A stretch of DNA of 64,000 nucleotides, taken from Bigelowiella natans CCMP2755. Lineage: Eukaryota > Protista > Cercozoa. Made by a program: the position numbers and the translations under genes. Each line of letters begins with the position of its first letter. Within the stretch, counting starts at the first letter, position 1. Below the pieces are notes generated by a model that was not told where the DNA came from, searched no databases, and saw nothing but the letters and a program-made list of their open reading frames with translations. Shown here piece after piece: positions 1 to 13,371 of the stretch. The stretch spans positions 1 to 64,000 of the forward strand of contig ADNK01000179.1 of assembly GCA_000320545.1 (NCBI GenBank). Reading direction: 5' to 3'.

Positions 1-1804
1 ATGCACGTTCGGCGACCCTCGCCAGCCCAGTGGACCAGCTACGCACTCCCACTATTGTAGTTAGGAGAGAGTGCGGGAAGGTACAAAGGTATTTACGTTT
101 CTCCACAGGGGTATCCACCAGTTACAAAAAATAAGATAGAAGGCCGCCCTCTATGAGTATTGTTTCATGAAAGCTCTTCGAGTATAGTAAGCCATCCGCC
201 ATGCCCCCCCCCCCCCCTCCTTTGCACCAGTCTTGTCATCCACTCAATGAAATCGCTGCCTCCCCCCCCCTACTACCACAGGTAACTCTCACTACCACGG
301 TGTCCTGCTAGGGCTATTATATCGCTTGCTTCCTGCAGTTGTGTGCCAAGCTCTGGAGGAGACGCTTCTCCTCCGCGGTGAGGGCAGCTACCTGGAGAGG
401 GGGGGGGGGCGGTATGGTGATGGTAGCTACGACAAGGAACGCGACGACGTCAGGGTCGGCATTGGCGCTGCACGTATCATCATGGAATTGCTCAAGGGAG
501 AGGAGGGGGAGGAGGAGAGGGAGGGCAGGAGGCACGAGAATCATCCTCATTCTCTTCATCGTCGTCACCCTGGTTATTACCAACGACGCGCAGCGGCTCT
601 GGCCGTCCGCAACAGCTGGGGTATGCAATGATGTTTGTTAGCAGCATTTCTGAACACATCGGACATGCGAGTGCAGCAGCAGTGAGTAGTAGTGGTAGCA
701 GTAGTAGTAGGTTATAGTAGTAGCAGTTGTAGCCCTCCCTTGAGACTGGAAAATAGTAACATGATGATGGTAGAGATGATGATGATGATAATGATGATGA
801 TGTTGATAATGATGTCGTCGTCGTTGGGGTGCTTCCTCCCTCCTTATTTGCTGCTGCTACTACTACTACTACTACTACTACTACACACCACCAGGATCCC
901 TACTCCGTGTGTGGTGGCTTCAGCAGCAGCAGCAGCAGGCAGCCTCCTCCTCCTCCTCCTCCTCCTCCTCCTCCTCCTCCTCTTCATCGTTGGCGCACCA
1001 AGGGGAGAATATCACCAGCGCCACCGCTAGCAGCTCGAGAGCTATTTTCGACCTCCTTGTCTCGTTCCCCCCCCCCCTTCATCTGAGGCCTGGGGCGGCC
1101 ATCCAAGTGTGTGATATGCTGAGTACATGCGCTGGCACGCTACAGAATAACGCCAAAAACGACGACGACGACGACGACGGCGAAATAAAAGAAGAAGAAG
1201 GTGGCGATATGAATTCCTCACGCCCCACCTCCGCCATTGAGATTCTTGATGATCTAAAGCTGCTTCTCATTACTCTGCTGGAGCCCAAAGGGGGGGGGGA
1301 GGCGGTGGCGGAAGAGAGTAATATCCTATCTCACGGCGTCAGCAAGGGTGGTGTGAATGACCCAAGAGGAGGAGGAGGAGGAGGAGGAGGAGGAGAGAAA
1401 GGGACGCGAGCTTCTCAGCGGCGAATAACACCGTCCGTTGCGAGAGTCATTTGTAAGGCTGCTCTCGAAGCTCTTCTTCTCAAAACTTCTACTGCTGCTG
1501 CTACCGCTGCTGCAGGCAAGGAGAAGAAGAAAAAGAAGACGGCGACTCCTTCATCATCATCATCATCGTCATCATCCTGTTTGTCAATATTGGAAGTGCA
1601 GCAGAATGCGTGGAGAGATCTGGTGCAGTACTGCTTGAGGAAGAACCCTGCCTACTGCTCCGAGGTAAGTCACAGCAGCAGCAGCAGCAGCATTAACAAC
1701 AAGAATCAACTCCTACCTCCTAACTATGAGTTCCAGCGTTATTCGAATCCATATCGTGTGTGGCATCAGAAACGTCATCGTAGCCCCTTGTATTGAAATC
1801 GGTG

Positions 1805-1838
<34 letters not shown>

Positions 1839-2036
1839 GGTGGGGGGGAGGAGGGTGGCGGGTGGTGATGATGAGGATTATTATGATGACTAAGATGGAT
1901 GACAATGGTGACTGATAGGCCGTGTTCGCTGCACTGATTCACGTGCTATGGAAAAGGTAAAAACATGCTCTTGATCAAAATGAATGCAATTTTGTCATGC
2001 TGATACTCCTTCCCTCTCTCTCTTTCCTGTGTCTCG

Positions 2037-2092
<56 letters not shown>

Positions 2093-2304
2093 TTTATTTA
2101 TCTAAGATACAAAAAGAAAGCCCCTCGAAGGTCTCTCTCTCTCCAGCTTGCTGATGCTTATACCCACTACTACTACTACTACTACTCCCCGAGGAGACTT
2201 AAGCATGCAGCGCTGCAGCATTGCACACCACCATCATAACAACGACACTCTCGTCGCGGTCTGCGAAAGGGAACAATTTGTGGGAGGAATCAAACACACG
2301 CACG

Positions 2305-2335
<31 letters not shown>

Positions 2336-3132
2336 CCCTCGTGCAATACGAGTCACAGCGATGACATGAAACGACGACGAGGGCGACGAGAAGCGACGAA
2401 AACAACAACAGCAGCAACAACAATAATAATGAGGCATGCTCACTGAAAACTCTACTTTTTATACTTGTCTCTCCCGTCCCTCCCCCCCGTCATCCTCCCC
2501 TTCATATTCTCAGGCACAACCAAGGCAAGGTGATAGAGGGGGGAGGAGGAGCCAACGAAAGCAGCGCCAATAGTGTTATCTCCTCCTCATCCACCGCCAC
2601 CGGAGACATCTACCCGAGCCTCCTTGGGGGGGGGGGGTGGGGGGAAGAGACTGTCGTTACCGCTTTGATGGAAACGCCGAGCATTTGTCACGAGGTTTTG
2701 TGCGAGTGCCCGGTAGTTGTTAATATTCTCCACGCGCTAATGCTACTCGTGATGGAGGTGGAGGAAGAAGAAGAAGGGGAAGAGGGGGGGGGGGGGGGAC
2801 CGCCACCGACGAGGGGAGAGAGAGTCTAGCAGCCCGTCTTGGCTGTGAGAAGAAGGAAGGGGATGAGAAGGAGGAGGAGGAGGAGGAGGAATCACGAAAG
2901 CAGCAGGCACATATCGTCTTGCACGTGCGGAAGAGGAGGAAGAAGATGCGAAGCCTATGCATAAGGCTTGTCGGTACTACTCAATGTCTGGCAAACCCTT
3001 TGCGCTCCGATAGATATGATAGATAACCGCCTCTCTCTTCCGATCTCCGCCGTGCGTCGACTTGCTGTTTTCCCCCGGTGGTTGATGCTGCTGTTGTATG
3101 CTGCATGTTGTGCGTGTGCGGTAGCCCCCTCA

Positions 3133-3172
<40 letters not shown>

Positions 3173-4737
3173 CGTTGCAGGCGGCATGCTAGAAGGGGCT
3201 CGCGACTTCTGGAATCAGGTGCAGCTGCTCACCGACTAAACAATCCCCTTTAGTGTTTCCTCTCCGAAGGAGGTCTTTTCCAAACCAGTACTTCCTCGGA
3301 TCCTTTGCGACATGTAGCGTGTACTGCTTCTGCTTCCTGTATGTTTTCGTCTGAAAAGCTCTTTCTCTCTCCCCTCCCACCCCCCAGCCGCTGCCACCAG
3401 TGAGCCGCCAAGCGGAGAGTCTGAGGGGGCTTTACCGCCTCATTGCGTTCCTCTCTCGCATGGTAATATATGTACTACTACTACTACTACTACACGCTTT
3501 CTGGGTAACTAACATAAGCGTGAGAAGGAGTCGACGCGACGGCGAATAGGGTTCAGGAAGGAGGGGGGGGGGAGGGGGGGAGAGTTATCTGGAGAATCAA
3601 GCCATTCTTATAGACTAGAAGGCTATGAAAGAAAGAAGCACAAGGAAGGAAGTTAAATAGAGAGGGGGGGGAGGAAGAAACAGTTGTTGTTGTTGTCGTG
3701 GTCTTCATTGAATCCTCCTGTCTGCTCTTATTCTCTCCTCCTCCTCCTCTTCAAGGGTTTCATCCGTCCGCCTCTGAATCACGTCGGTAAGCTGATACGT
3801 GCCACGATGCAGCCAACTATAAATGACAGCGATGATGCTGCTGCTGAGGGTAAAAAGCCAGAAACAGCAGCACCTGCAGGAGGAGGAGGAGGAGGAGGAG
3901 GAGAGGTAGTGGCGGCGACGACAGGGAAGAAGAAGAGAGAAAGATATAATAATGTATTCATACACACATATATAGAAAATAACATGTGTCCGTGTGCGTG
4001 TGCGTGTTATATTCGCAGGCCTGCTTACACCCCAAAGAAATCGTCGCGCTGATGTTCAGGCTCTCTGCCGCGGTCGGTACACCGACGCGCCAACCAATGA
4101 TAACAATCGGAGCATGTATCATATGAGCGATGCTGCTCGTCTGAAACCCTACTCTGTTTGTTATTCTTCTCCTTCTTCATCAACTATCATCGAATTCAAT
4201 ACTACCATCATCATCATCATCATCATCATCATCATGATGTAGGTCGGGCTAACAAGACATGCCCTGTCCCTTACCGTGCCGCCATCAATGAAGAAGCAGA
4301 CAGCACCACCACCAGCAGCAGCTGCTAGCGGGAGGCGGAGTAGCAGCACGCAGGAGGCGAAGAAGAGGAAGAAAAAGGCGATGATGAAGAAAAAAGGCAA
4401 GGCCGTTGATGAGGAGGCGTCTTCGAAAAAGAAATCGATCCAGAGCCTCATCAGCTCCTCGCCCAAAGTAGTAACATATATCTGCATATTGAAATGTCTA
4501 TGCGGGGCATTCGCAAGGATTTAGTTTTAGATTATTCTTCCGTCAAACAGCAGCAGCATCATCAAGACAGCGCAACTTTCATCACCATCATCATGACCTT
4601 TATCGTCCATCATCATCATCATCACTATCATCATCTCCTCTCCTCTCGTTGTGTGCTGCCAGCTGATGAAGCTAGAATCCGACGAAAAGCGCGTCAACAA
4701 GAACACGATGAGGCGGATAATTGTGAGGAGGTATTAG
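1..4737 (+). CDS. Multi-exon hypothetical protein, low-complexity rich; 5' end unresolved or outside the window
   Basis: Coding-like blocks (e.g. 909-1665, 2530-2960, 4243-4470, 4663-4737 LMKLESDEKRVNKNTMRRIIVRRY*) are separated by SSR-filled GT..AG introns (e.g. GAG|GTAAGT near 1664). No recognisable family. G/C homopolymer runs obscure the frames. Confidence 0.4.
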
Positions 4738-5755
4738 CGGTGTTGATGCCCGTGAGAAAGAGATGATGACGATGGTGTCGCTAGTGATGATGATGATGTT
4801 ATAAATATGATTATGAAGAAAACCGATGTACATTTGGTCGAGGAGGATAATGATGTGCGTATCTCACAGGATGCCAGCGGCGATGGACATGTGGCAATAT
4901 CTGAAACAGTGAACATCAGTGGATAGAGAGAAAAAGAGTGCGGCTGTTAAATTATGTTATCTGCTGGCGTTAATATTTCCGATTATCCACGTCCAATGCA
5001 ACACTTTATTCACGCGATGTCGATGTCAGTAAGGATGCTGATGAGCGCAGGCAATCTGCCATGAAAGCACGATATTCGACATAAACATGTACACATTTTC
5101 ATTGCATCATTGAGAACTAGAAAAATAATTAAAGCGAAAGCCAAAATGAAAACTCTAGATGTGTTGCACGAGCATACTTCATTCACAGTGGCGCTACATG
5201 CATGCGTCATGGAAATCATACACACAATTCGAATAAGGCCTACTTGCTCTTGCCAACTATTCAAGAATACCAAAATGGAGCTGTACTTCTCCGGCGGGCG
5301 CCGCGCTCCTACACACACGTCTTTCATTTAATCACATGTGTAATGTGCACATGCGTGCATTGTTTTTGATGCAGCCATCTTTGACTTGGACCTACGCGCT
5401 CGCACTCGTATAGGTTACTCGTCGCAATGCTATCACATGCACGTGAAGAGAACGGTATAGATGTTAGCTATCAGCAGATATGCACGATTTTTCTAATGAC
5501 AAAAACAACGCGCTATTTTATTATTTGACAATAACCTGTGTGTTACGTTCACGACAAATGCGGATTGCTACGACAGACTACTTTTAGAAAAAGAGCAATG
5601 CTAATTAATACCAGGATAGTTCTTATCCCAGAAATTGACTGGATATATACCTGTCACGAGCTTGTCGAGTCACACACATAAAAAATACATGTACATATAC
5701 AAGTATATATTCATTTATATGTATGTGTTAGCTTTATTAGGATGATAATTGCAAA

Positions 5756-5850
5756 GATTTAATTTTTTCATTACATCCGTCTCATATTATATATATAAAT
5801 ATATAAATATGAATTTACTATTTAATACTGCATTATATCCGTCTCATATG
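5756..5850 (+). repeat. Two short remnants of the LINE 3' end (CATTA(C/T)ATCCGTCTCATA) followed by (TA)-rich tail
   Basis: The motif at about 5768-5786 and 5831-5847 matches 51315-51334 and the reverse complement of 15690-15712. Confidence 0.6.
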
Positions 5851-5918
5851 TTACTATGCACATATATAAATATCTATATATCTACGTGTAGATGTGGCGA
5901 ATGAATGTGAAACAGCTC

Positions 5919-6813
5919 TTAAGCGACCCAATTAGCCGGCTGCTGCCATAGTGCTTCGATAGGGCGAGAATAACGTATTGAAGATGCAACATCATCAATA
6001 TTGAACGACAGGTAATAGTTATCATTTCTAGAGAGATCGACAGATTCGAGGCTTTGCCCCCCCCCCCCCCACGCTCCCCCGCCCCTCCCAAAACCTAGAC
6101 TACTCATATCACATGTGTATACTTATGTCGTATCACGCATAAGACACACCTAATGGAAGAAATTTGCGGGGATGGTGGCCACGAGAATCGCTCATGTGCA
6201 CGCGCATACGATTACTCCGGTTATCTACAGCACCCCGCCATGCGCGGTTTTGCGGAGTTGGAAAGAGTAAAGGAGGGGGGGGGGGGGGATTGATTCGATT
6301 CGTAATCGGAGACCAATAGCTCCACGTGGGAAGCACGGTGGCTGCCAGCACACTTCCGATCACTCCGCTGGAAAAGCGCTCTAATAACTAATTATTTCTC
6401 TCTCTCTGTCATATTCTGAGTACTCACTTTGAGAGCTTCAATGGCCGTGTTTGTGAGTGAATTCGACTCTCTAATAAAGCTAGCTTCAATTTCAGGCGTG
6501 ATATTCTCTTTCCTCACAACCAGTCGTCGACCCTCATTTCTATGCTGGAGGAACAGACAAACAGAGAGGGGGGAGAGAAGGGGAGCGGAGGGGGGGGGGT
6601 GGAGGTCATTCCTATCGCTCGGTATTCAGCACGTCAATAAACCGCACTTCAAGTTTCAAACAGACGTAATTGCTAATCCGGTGCAGCTGCCGCATGATGC
6701 TCGATATTTCATCTTCGAGCTGCAAGCAGGGGTCTTCGTCTTCATTTGACGTTGACACCTGCCACGAGGATGGGGGGGGGGGGAGGGGGGGAGGAGCCAA
6801 GCAAAGGTGAAGC

Positions 6814-6851
<38 letters not shown>

Positions 6852-8700
6852 GCGTGCGTGTGCGTGTGTGTGGTGTGATTGATATTGTCTAGTTGATTTG
6901 CCGCCCCCAGATCATGCCACAGGGTAGAAATCGTAGCACATCCGCCTTCCCTATCTTTGAATATCTTCCCCTACCGGGCAGGCCAGGTGTAAGACTCCTG
7001 ACGTCACAACGCGGATCTTCGTGAATTGCGACTTTGCACTGGCCGCCCCCCCCGCCCCCCCCCCTTCGTCCCCTATCAGCGTCGTCGTCGCCGCTGCCGA
7101 CGGCAGCTGCACAGACTCCCGTCGCTCCTGCACCTTCTCCAGTATCGATTCTGTGGCTCGCAGATTGGAGACGATGTACTTGACGATGCCGGAATCTACG
7201 AAGCTCATGGCGCCCATGGAGAAGTCGAAGAAAAGCGTGAGGGAGACGTTGTAGTCGTATTGCTTCGTCTGAGAGGGAGGGAGGAAGAAGGAGGAGACAG
7301 GAGAGAGTATGAGGTCAGGTGTTCCTTTATTCCAGGCCACACCACCACCACCACCACCACTTCCATCGCTACTAGTCCTCATCTTCCTCCTATGTAGCAC
7401 AGCACCTTAAAACTAAGCTGCGGGCTGTGCAGTGGCTGCAGCTCTCCTTCCGCCGCTGCAGCGGCAGCAGCAGCACGCGATATGAGCTGCTTGTAGCGAG
7501 GGTTGTCCCTTGGATGCCGGAGAAGCATCATCTTCGGGGACGGCGGCAGGTGATGCTGCTGCTGCTGCTGCTGCAAGATTGTGGATGACGATGACGATGA
7601 CGATGGCGGCGGGGGCAAGGAGAGACTGCTCAGTCCACCTGAGATCTCTGTTTTTACCTGGTGCGGAGCAGTAGCCTCCTGATTAGTAAATAAAGCAGGA
7701 CGGGTGGGGTGGTAGGCGGTAAGAGGGAATAAGGGGGGCACACACACACACACAAACACGCACACACACACGCACACATATCGGAGAAGGGAGCATGATG
7801 TTTCAGGTAGTAGCGTTACTCGTTTCGAAGACGATGATGATGCCGACGAGGAGGAGTGGAGGATGTAGTCCACGCCGCCACGGAGGGCGGCAGCTCTGCG
7901 GTGCAGCAGCCCAGGAGGATCAACCACCCTGCTCCCATCTCCGCCGCCGCCAACGAAAGCATGCCTCGGAGTCTTGTGCTGTGTTTTTCTCTGCGCTTTA
8001 TTAGCACGCAACTCCTCGAGAATCTTGCACTCGGGAAGGGCCAGAAACACGGCGCAGTGATTGAGCAGGTGATCCAGGACGTGCTCGGTTGTGTGCCGCG
8101 AGGTGCCGTACGGGTTGTTCTGATCCCCGTCCTGGATTATGGATATCTTCTCGTTACACTGCAGGCAGGGCACCGAGCGCATGGCGTTGTTGTAGCTCTC
8201 CTTGCACACGCGGGCTTGCTTCGCGAGGATCTTTGAGACGGCTTCGAGCGAGGAAAGCACCCGCGGGAACTTGTATAACTTCAGGGCCTCTTCGATGTCG
8301 TCGATCGTTAGGATTTCGATGCTAGGAGAGGGGGGGGGAGGTGGGGGAGGAGGAGGAAGGGGAGGGGCTCCTGCAGGCTGCTGCTCCCCGCCGCTGGATG
8401 ATAGGTGCTGCTGCTGCGAAGCCTACGTGTAACATTGCAAAGTATGTGAAAAGGGTGATATGGTACGGGCAACAGGTTAACTCTTATCGAGAGAGAAAGG
8501 CGCTGCCGCAAAGGCGTTGGTGTAACTAGAATTCTTTTATTTTTTTAATACAAAAAAAAAGAGAGAGGGGAATCACGGGGGGTGACTTTAATGGGAAAGT
8601 TAGATCTCGCTCGTTCTTGTCGTGAGCCAAGCAAGCACCTTTAGTTGTTGATTAATTTTCAGATTCAACTGCTTGTGCTGTTGTTGCTGTTGTTGTTGTC

Positions 8701-8733
<33 letters not shown>

Positions 8734-9243
8734 TCTCGTTCCCGTTGCTGCTGCTGTTGCTGCCGATGAGAGACGACCCCCCCCCCCCTCAGGATCACAT
8801 TGAAGAGAATGTGTGCTAGAATAATTTGGTTGCTGCATCTCGACAACCTTCAATCTCGGAGACGGTTCTGGCTTCCTTGTTGCCTCATATTTAACTAGAG
8901 AAGGTGCTTGTCTTTCAGCATGATGGGGCCGTAAGTCAGAGGTCGCCTGAATCCTGCCCTCCTGCAGCTCGGCAGGGAGCTCGGAATCAGCCTCATCCTC
9001 AGGCTTATTCAACCGAGAAGGCAGCACTTTTTGTTTAGGGACTGGATTCTCACCGTCTGCGAAGTTTTCTGCTGCAGAGTTGTGGCTTTGCACCAATTCC
9101 CCATCAGAGGTGTACGACGAACTTGGGCGGATGAACCTCTGGCGCTTTTGAGGCGGGGGCTTCTCTTCTGTGTGCTCATGGGCTGCCAAGCTCCCCGAGG
9201 TCTCCGACGCCCCAGATTCTTGGTAAAAAGGTCGGCGGCGCAT
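5919..9243 (-). CDS. Multi-exon hypothetical protein with polyQ/polyP tracts and a Cys/His motif (CLQC...HVLDHLLNHC); 5' part degenerates into the TpA-free zone
   Basis: ORFs 8665-9243, 7379-8260, 6951-7400 and 6612-6800 can be joined by plausible splice sites (AAG|GTGCTT near 8638, CGTAG|GCT near 8422). Frame breaks occur at poly-G/C runs. No family recognised. Confidence 0.35.
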
Positions 9244-9610
9244 TTGGAACGGCGCACTCCCACTTCCTCCTTCCCAGATTCAAAACCTCTGGGGGCGAAG
9301 AGTGGCAGGGCGGTGGTGGGTGTCTTTTTCGGAAAAATCCTGGAGTTCTTGGGGAGGGCCGAGGCGTGCAATTTGTATCAGCGTGGACAAATGCTCACGA
9401 CAGGTCGCAAGGGCAGAATCGAGTCCCTTTGGCTCAAATGCAAGCTGGCTCTTCTGGGAGGGCGGAGGACGCGGCGAGTCCCTTCAAATACCAGCTCGAG
9501 CACGCTTCGCCGCGGTGGAACTTTCGAAATGCTGAAATTCATGCAATTTTTTTTCTGCGACATCGCTCATATTCCCATTTTAAAGGATTCAGGCAATTTC
9601 GGCTTCGGTA

Positions 9611-11260
9611 CTCGGCAGTCCGGCACGTGCTCCTGCGCGTGTCTCTTTTGCAAGTTGGAGCTTGCTGGTCAAATCTTGCTCCTTTGCACCATTTTCCTGG
9701 AGCAACATGGGCAGGCTCGGATCTGCAAAAGATGGAGGGCAATTTGCCGAACCTGATCCGGCATTGGCAGCCGGCCTTGCGCATGAGTCCCGACTGCGAG
9801 GCAGAAAATGCAGCAAGTTGCACACGTCTTGCACCGTGACCATTTCGAGTCGAACACTGGAACCCCTTCGTTCACTCGTTCACTCATTCATCTCCACGCT
9901 GTGGCGAACACACCTCTGTTTTTTGGTGGCCTCAGCCTTTTTGACAGAGTGATCCCGTCAGGATGAGTGTGTCCTCCTCCACTTTGTGCCACTCAGCAGG
10001 GCCAATGTGTGTCCAAGTGGACCACGAAGGAGTGGTCTGTGGGATTGTTGTTCGCTTGGTGTTTGAAGGCATGGTGTTCTTGCTTGGTGAACTCCAAGAG
10101 TGAGAAAGCCACGATGGGTTGACATCGGGGTGAAGAAAGCACAGAGAAGTCACAGTCCTGAAGTTGGCAAAGGTCAGGCACAAAAGACAACGAAACGTGG
10201 AAACTGGGAACGGAGGAACGGCCAGAGTGCCGTTCTCAGTTCCTTTTGCGTGGTTTCACCAGTTGGTCCTCACTGAAGTCAGTTCGAGGCATTGCACTTC
10301 GTGCATTGCAAGTGTCTTGTCACACTTTGGAAGTGTGGTTTCGTCATTGCTCTCGTTGTTCTCGTTGGGGAGGAACAGTCAGCAGTGGAGTTCAGCACTT
10401 TTGGTGACGAGTGCTCACCCGAGCTGCGCGCTGGCTGCCATGTGTGCGTGCCAATTGCGCTCACGTGCCCCACATCGTGTGCGTCGCGTGTCCGTTGACG
10501 ATCGCTCGTCAGTCAGTCTAGCAGTGCGTGGTGTGTGGGTGGCGTGGCGACGTGCTGCGACGATGTGCAAGCTGCGGTGTGAGCACGCCACGCCAGCATG
10601 GCAACGTGCCACGTGGTGAGGCGTGTTCGGGCAACAGGCAACCTGTTCGGGCGACGACGTGGTGGACAACAGCACGTGCCGTGTCCGGGTGTGCGTGTGC
10701 GTGCCAACCTGACAAACCCAGCAACGTGCACGTGTCCAGCTAGCCAGCTAGCCAGGCTTGTGGCAGGTGTGTCGGCGTGCGATGCAGTGGCCACGCACAC
10801 CAGTGCAGTTGCGCACGTGCCTGAGCACAGCTCCTCTTGAGCGATGGCACAATGGAAACTGCCTGCCAGGACTTTTGACACCTCAACGAGCCACACTGTC
10901 TTCCTTCAAAGTCGCCACAACGCGTCACAAATCGTCCCTGCCAGCCCATTGCTCAGTCTCCCACGTGTTTGGAAACGTGCCGTGCTGGTGTGCCTGCCAT
11001 CACCGTCACCAAACACCTTGCTAGCTTGGGACAAACCACCTGCCCCTTGCGTCTCCTCAAGTTTTTCTTGCAACGCCCTCGCCGCCAGCTGTCGCTGTCC
11101 TGGGTGACTGGAGCTGGCTTCGTGTTTCGAAAGTGCAGGACGGAGTTGCGGTTCGAATTGAAAAGCTGCGAGGACTTGAGTCCTTTTCCAAAAGTGTCTT
11201 GGCAGGCACCTTCTCACGTGGTTTGATGTCCAACCCGCACCACACCCTCCCGATGATGGT

Positions 11261-11305
<45 letters not shown>

Positions 11306-11455
11306 TCTGGACATCTTGTGTCAGATGCTTTTGCGACAAAAAGCTGCCATGAATCAAAGCTGCCCATCGCCGGTGATCTTTTCCGGGAAAGGTCTTTCCA
11401 CTTTTCGCACGTTTTCTTCGATGTTCACAGGGCAAAAAGAGTGCCATCATGGAAC
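9611..11455. other. TpA-free hypermutated domain (degenerate gene or repeat sequence)
   Basis: Manual scan finds TpA only at 10519, 10741, 10749 and 11022, each within CTAG. The region is rich in TG/CA/CG and has unusually dense overlapping ORFs in all frames. Confidence 0.85.
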
Positions 11456-13330
11456 TACTCACACGCACACCGACAGACAGCAAAAATCCTTTTTAACCGA
11501 CCTCCCCTCAGTGGCAAGGAGACCTGCGACCTCGGATTCTGGGGTGACCTGCACAGTAGGTACCTGCGTCAGCGTGGGAATGAAGGATAGAAGGAGTAGG
11601 GCGGCAGGCTCTCTTCATGACAAGAAGGGAGAGAGCACAATCAGCGTTCACAACGATAACAGTGGTGATGATGATCAACGGGGACTGCACAAGGCGAGAT
11701 ATGGCACCTCCACCAGCAGCTTGAGCGAACACATCCTAGCAGTATCGGTAGTATCCTTGAGAAAATGCCTGTACTCCCCTGGCCCCCCTTGTTTCTGCGC
11801 CTGTCAAGAAGTTAACCTCGCATGAGTGTGTAAGTATGTGACGTGTATCTACTTGTGTGTGCGTGCATGATATCGTTTTCAGGTGGGTGCAATGCTGTAC
11901 ATCCTATTTCTTCGGCCCCTAGTGCTTGGATCCCTTAACTCGGTGCACCGCACAGTCGTTCCAAACGGGAAGACATACGCTCTAGGAATAATAGGTGAGT
12001 GTGAGGAGAAAGGAGCGCGGGTGCAATGCAAACGATCAGTGAACGGAAGATTTGTCGGGGATGGAACGGCTGTTGTTGCATCGGAACATCGACAGCGTCA
12101 TTGGCTGGCAATTTGCTGCCCAGCTTTCGAACTGGCAAACGGCATGACATACCACACCGTGTTTTTAGGCGAAGAGAACGTGGAGGAGCGACCTGGCTTG
12201 TATATTGACTGCGGGTCTGACTTCTGGTGTCGCGCCTCATCGGAGATAGATGGCTCTTGTTTCGAACTAGTTGACGCCGAGGTTGCAAATCCAACAAAAA
12301 TTCAGTATTTAGTACGTAGATGTCGTAGAGGAGGAGGAGGAAGAAGAAGATGATGATAATGGATATGGGGAGGATGGAAGAGGGGGGGGATGCAGCAGGG
12401 AGGACCCAGGCGGTGGATGATCATCACCATTCTAACGAAACACGCTAAGTATTGGTCTAACAATACGGGTGTGATGATCGTTGTACCGCATAGTACCAAG
12501 AATCAGAGTCGCCATGTTCTCTGGCTGCCATGTGCGAGTGCTAGTCAGTCAGTCGCCCATTGTCCACAACACCATACATATATCTGTACCACATCAGAAT
12601 GCGGAGGACGAGAAGCTCCTCCGATATGTCTGCCCTAGCTTCCAAGAGCGGGCTTCTGAAGAGGCTGCACAGCATCAATGGTTAAGTTACACGCGAAATG
12701 AGAAGCAAAACACCTGGCGAACAGGTAGAAGAGCTTGTTACACCCACAATCGCACTTTTGGACGAAAGATCTTACCATCTATAGAACGGGAGGACATGCC
12801 GACGAGCATGTTCGAGCAGAAATCGTCATTATTTCGCCCGTAGCGCCAACCGTTTGCGTTCCCCCATCGAGATGGGCTGTCGATGTTTTGTCGGCATTCG
12901 TCCACTTTGTGAAGCGGATTAGCCAGAAGTGTCGAGTTACAACAAAGGCTGAATGAAAAATCAAGTTTCTTCTTTTATGTGCTTGCGATGAACGTTGGTG
13001 GCGCTTTGAGCGGATGCCGCCAATCAAACCTGTCTTTAATCTACCCCGCTCCTTATGCTTGGCGGTGTGTGGCAGCAGGATATACTTTATTTATCCACAT
13101 ATTCATCGATACATCCATTTTCCTCATGCGTGTGCGCGTACTGCTCAGGGCTATGGAAAAACAAGAGAAATGCGATCCCATTCCTCTTCTCACTCAGCAA
13201 TGACGGCACGTATTGGACCCTTCAGGTAGTAGGAGATACAAATAGACGACGGCGACCACGCCAAACGCACCAGCGGACAGTGAGGATGGCAGCATTATGA
13301 TAGTGCATATGGTGTGTGCATATGGTGTGT

Positions 13331-13371
<41 letters not shown>

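Noticed and set aside
692-4242. ORFs of poly-L, poly-M, HTHTHT and CVCVCV type here and throughout the flanks
   Set aside because: Translations of microsatellites, mostly intronic or out of frame.
9611-11455. CpG-methylation decay or classical RIP as the cause of TG/CA richness
   Set aside because: CpG is abundant and TpA is lost rather than gained, opposite to both mechanisms.
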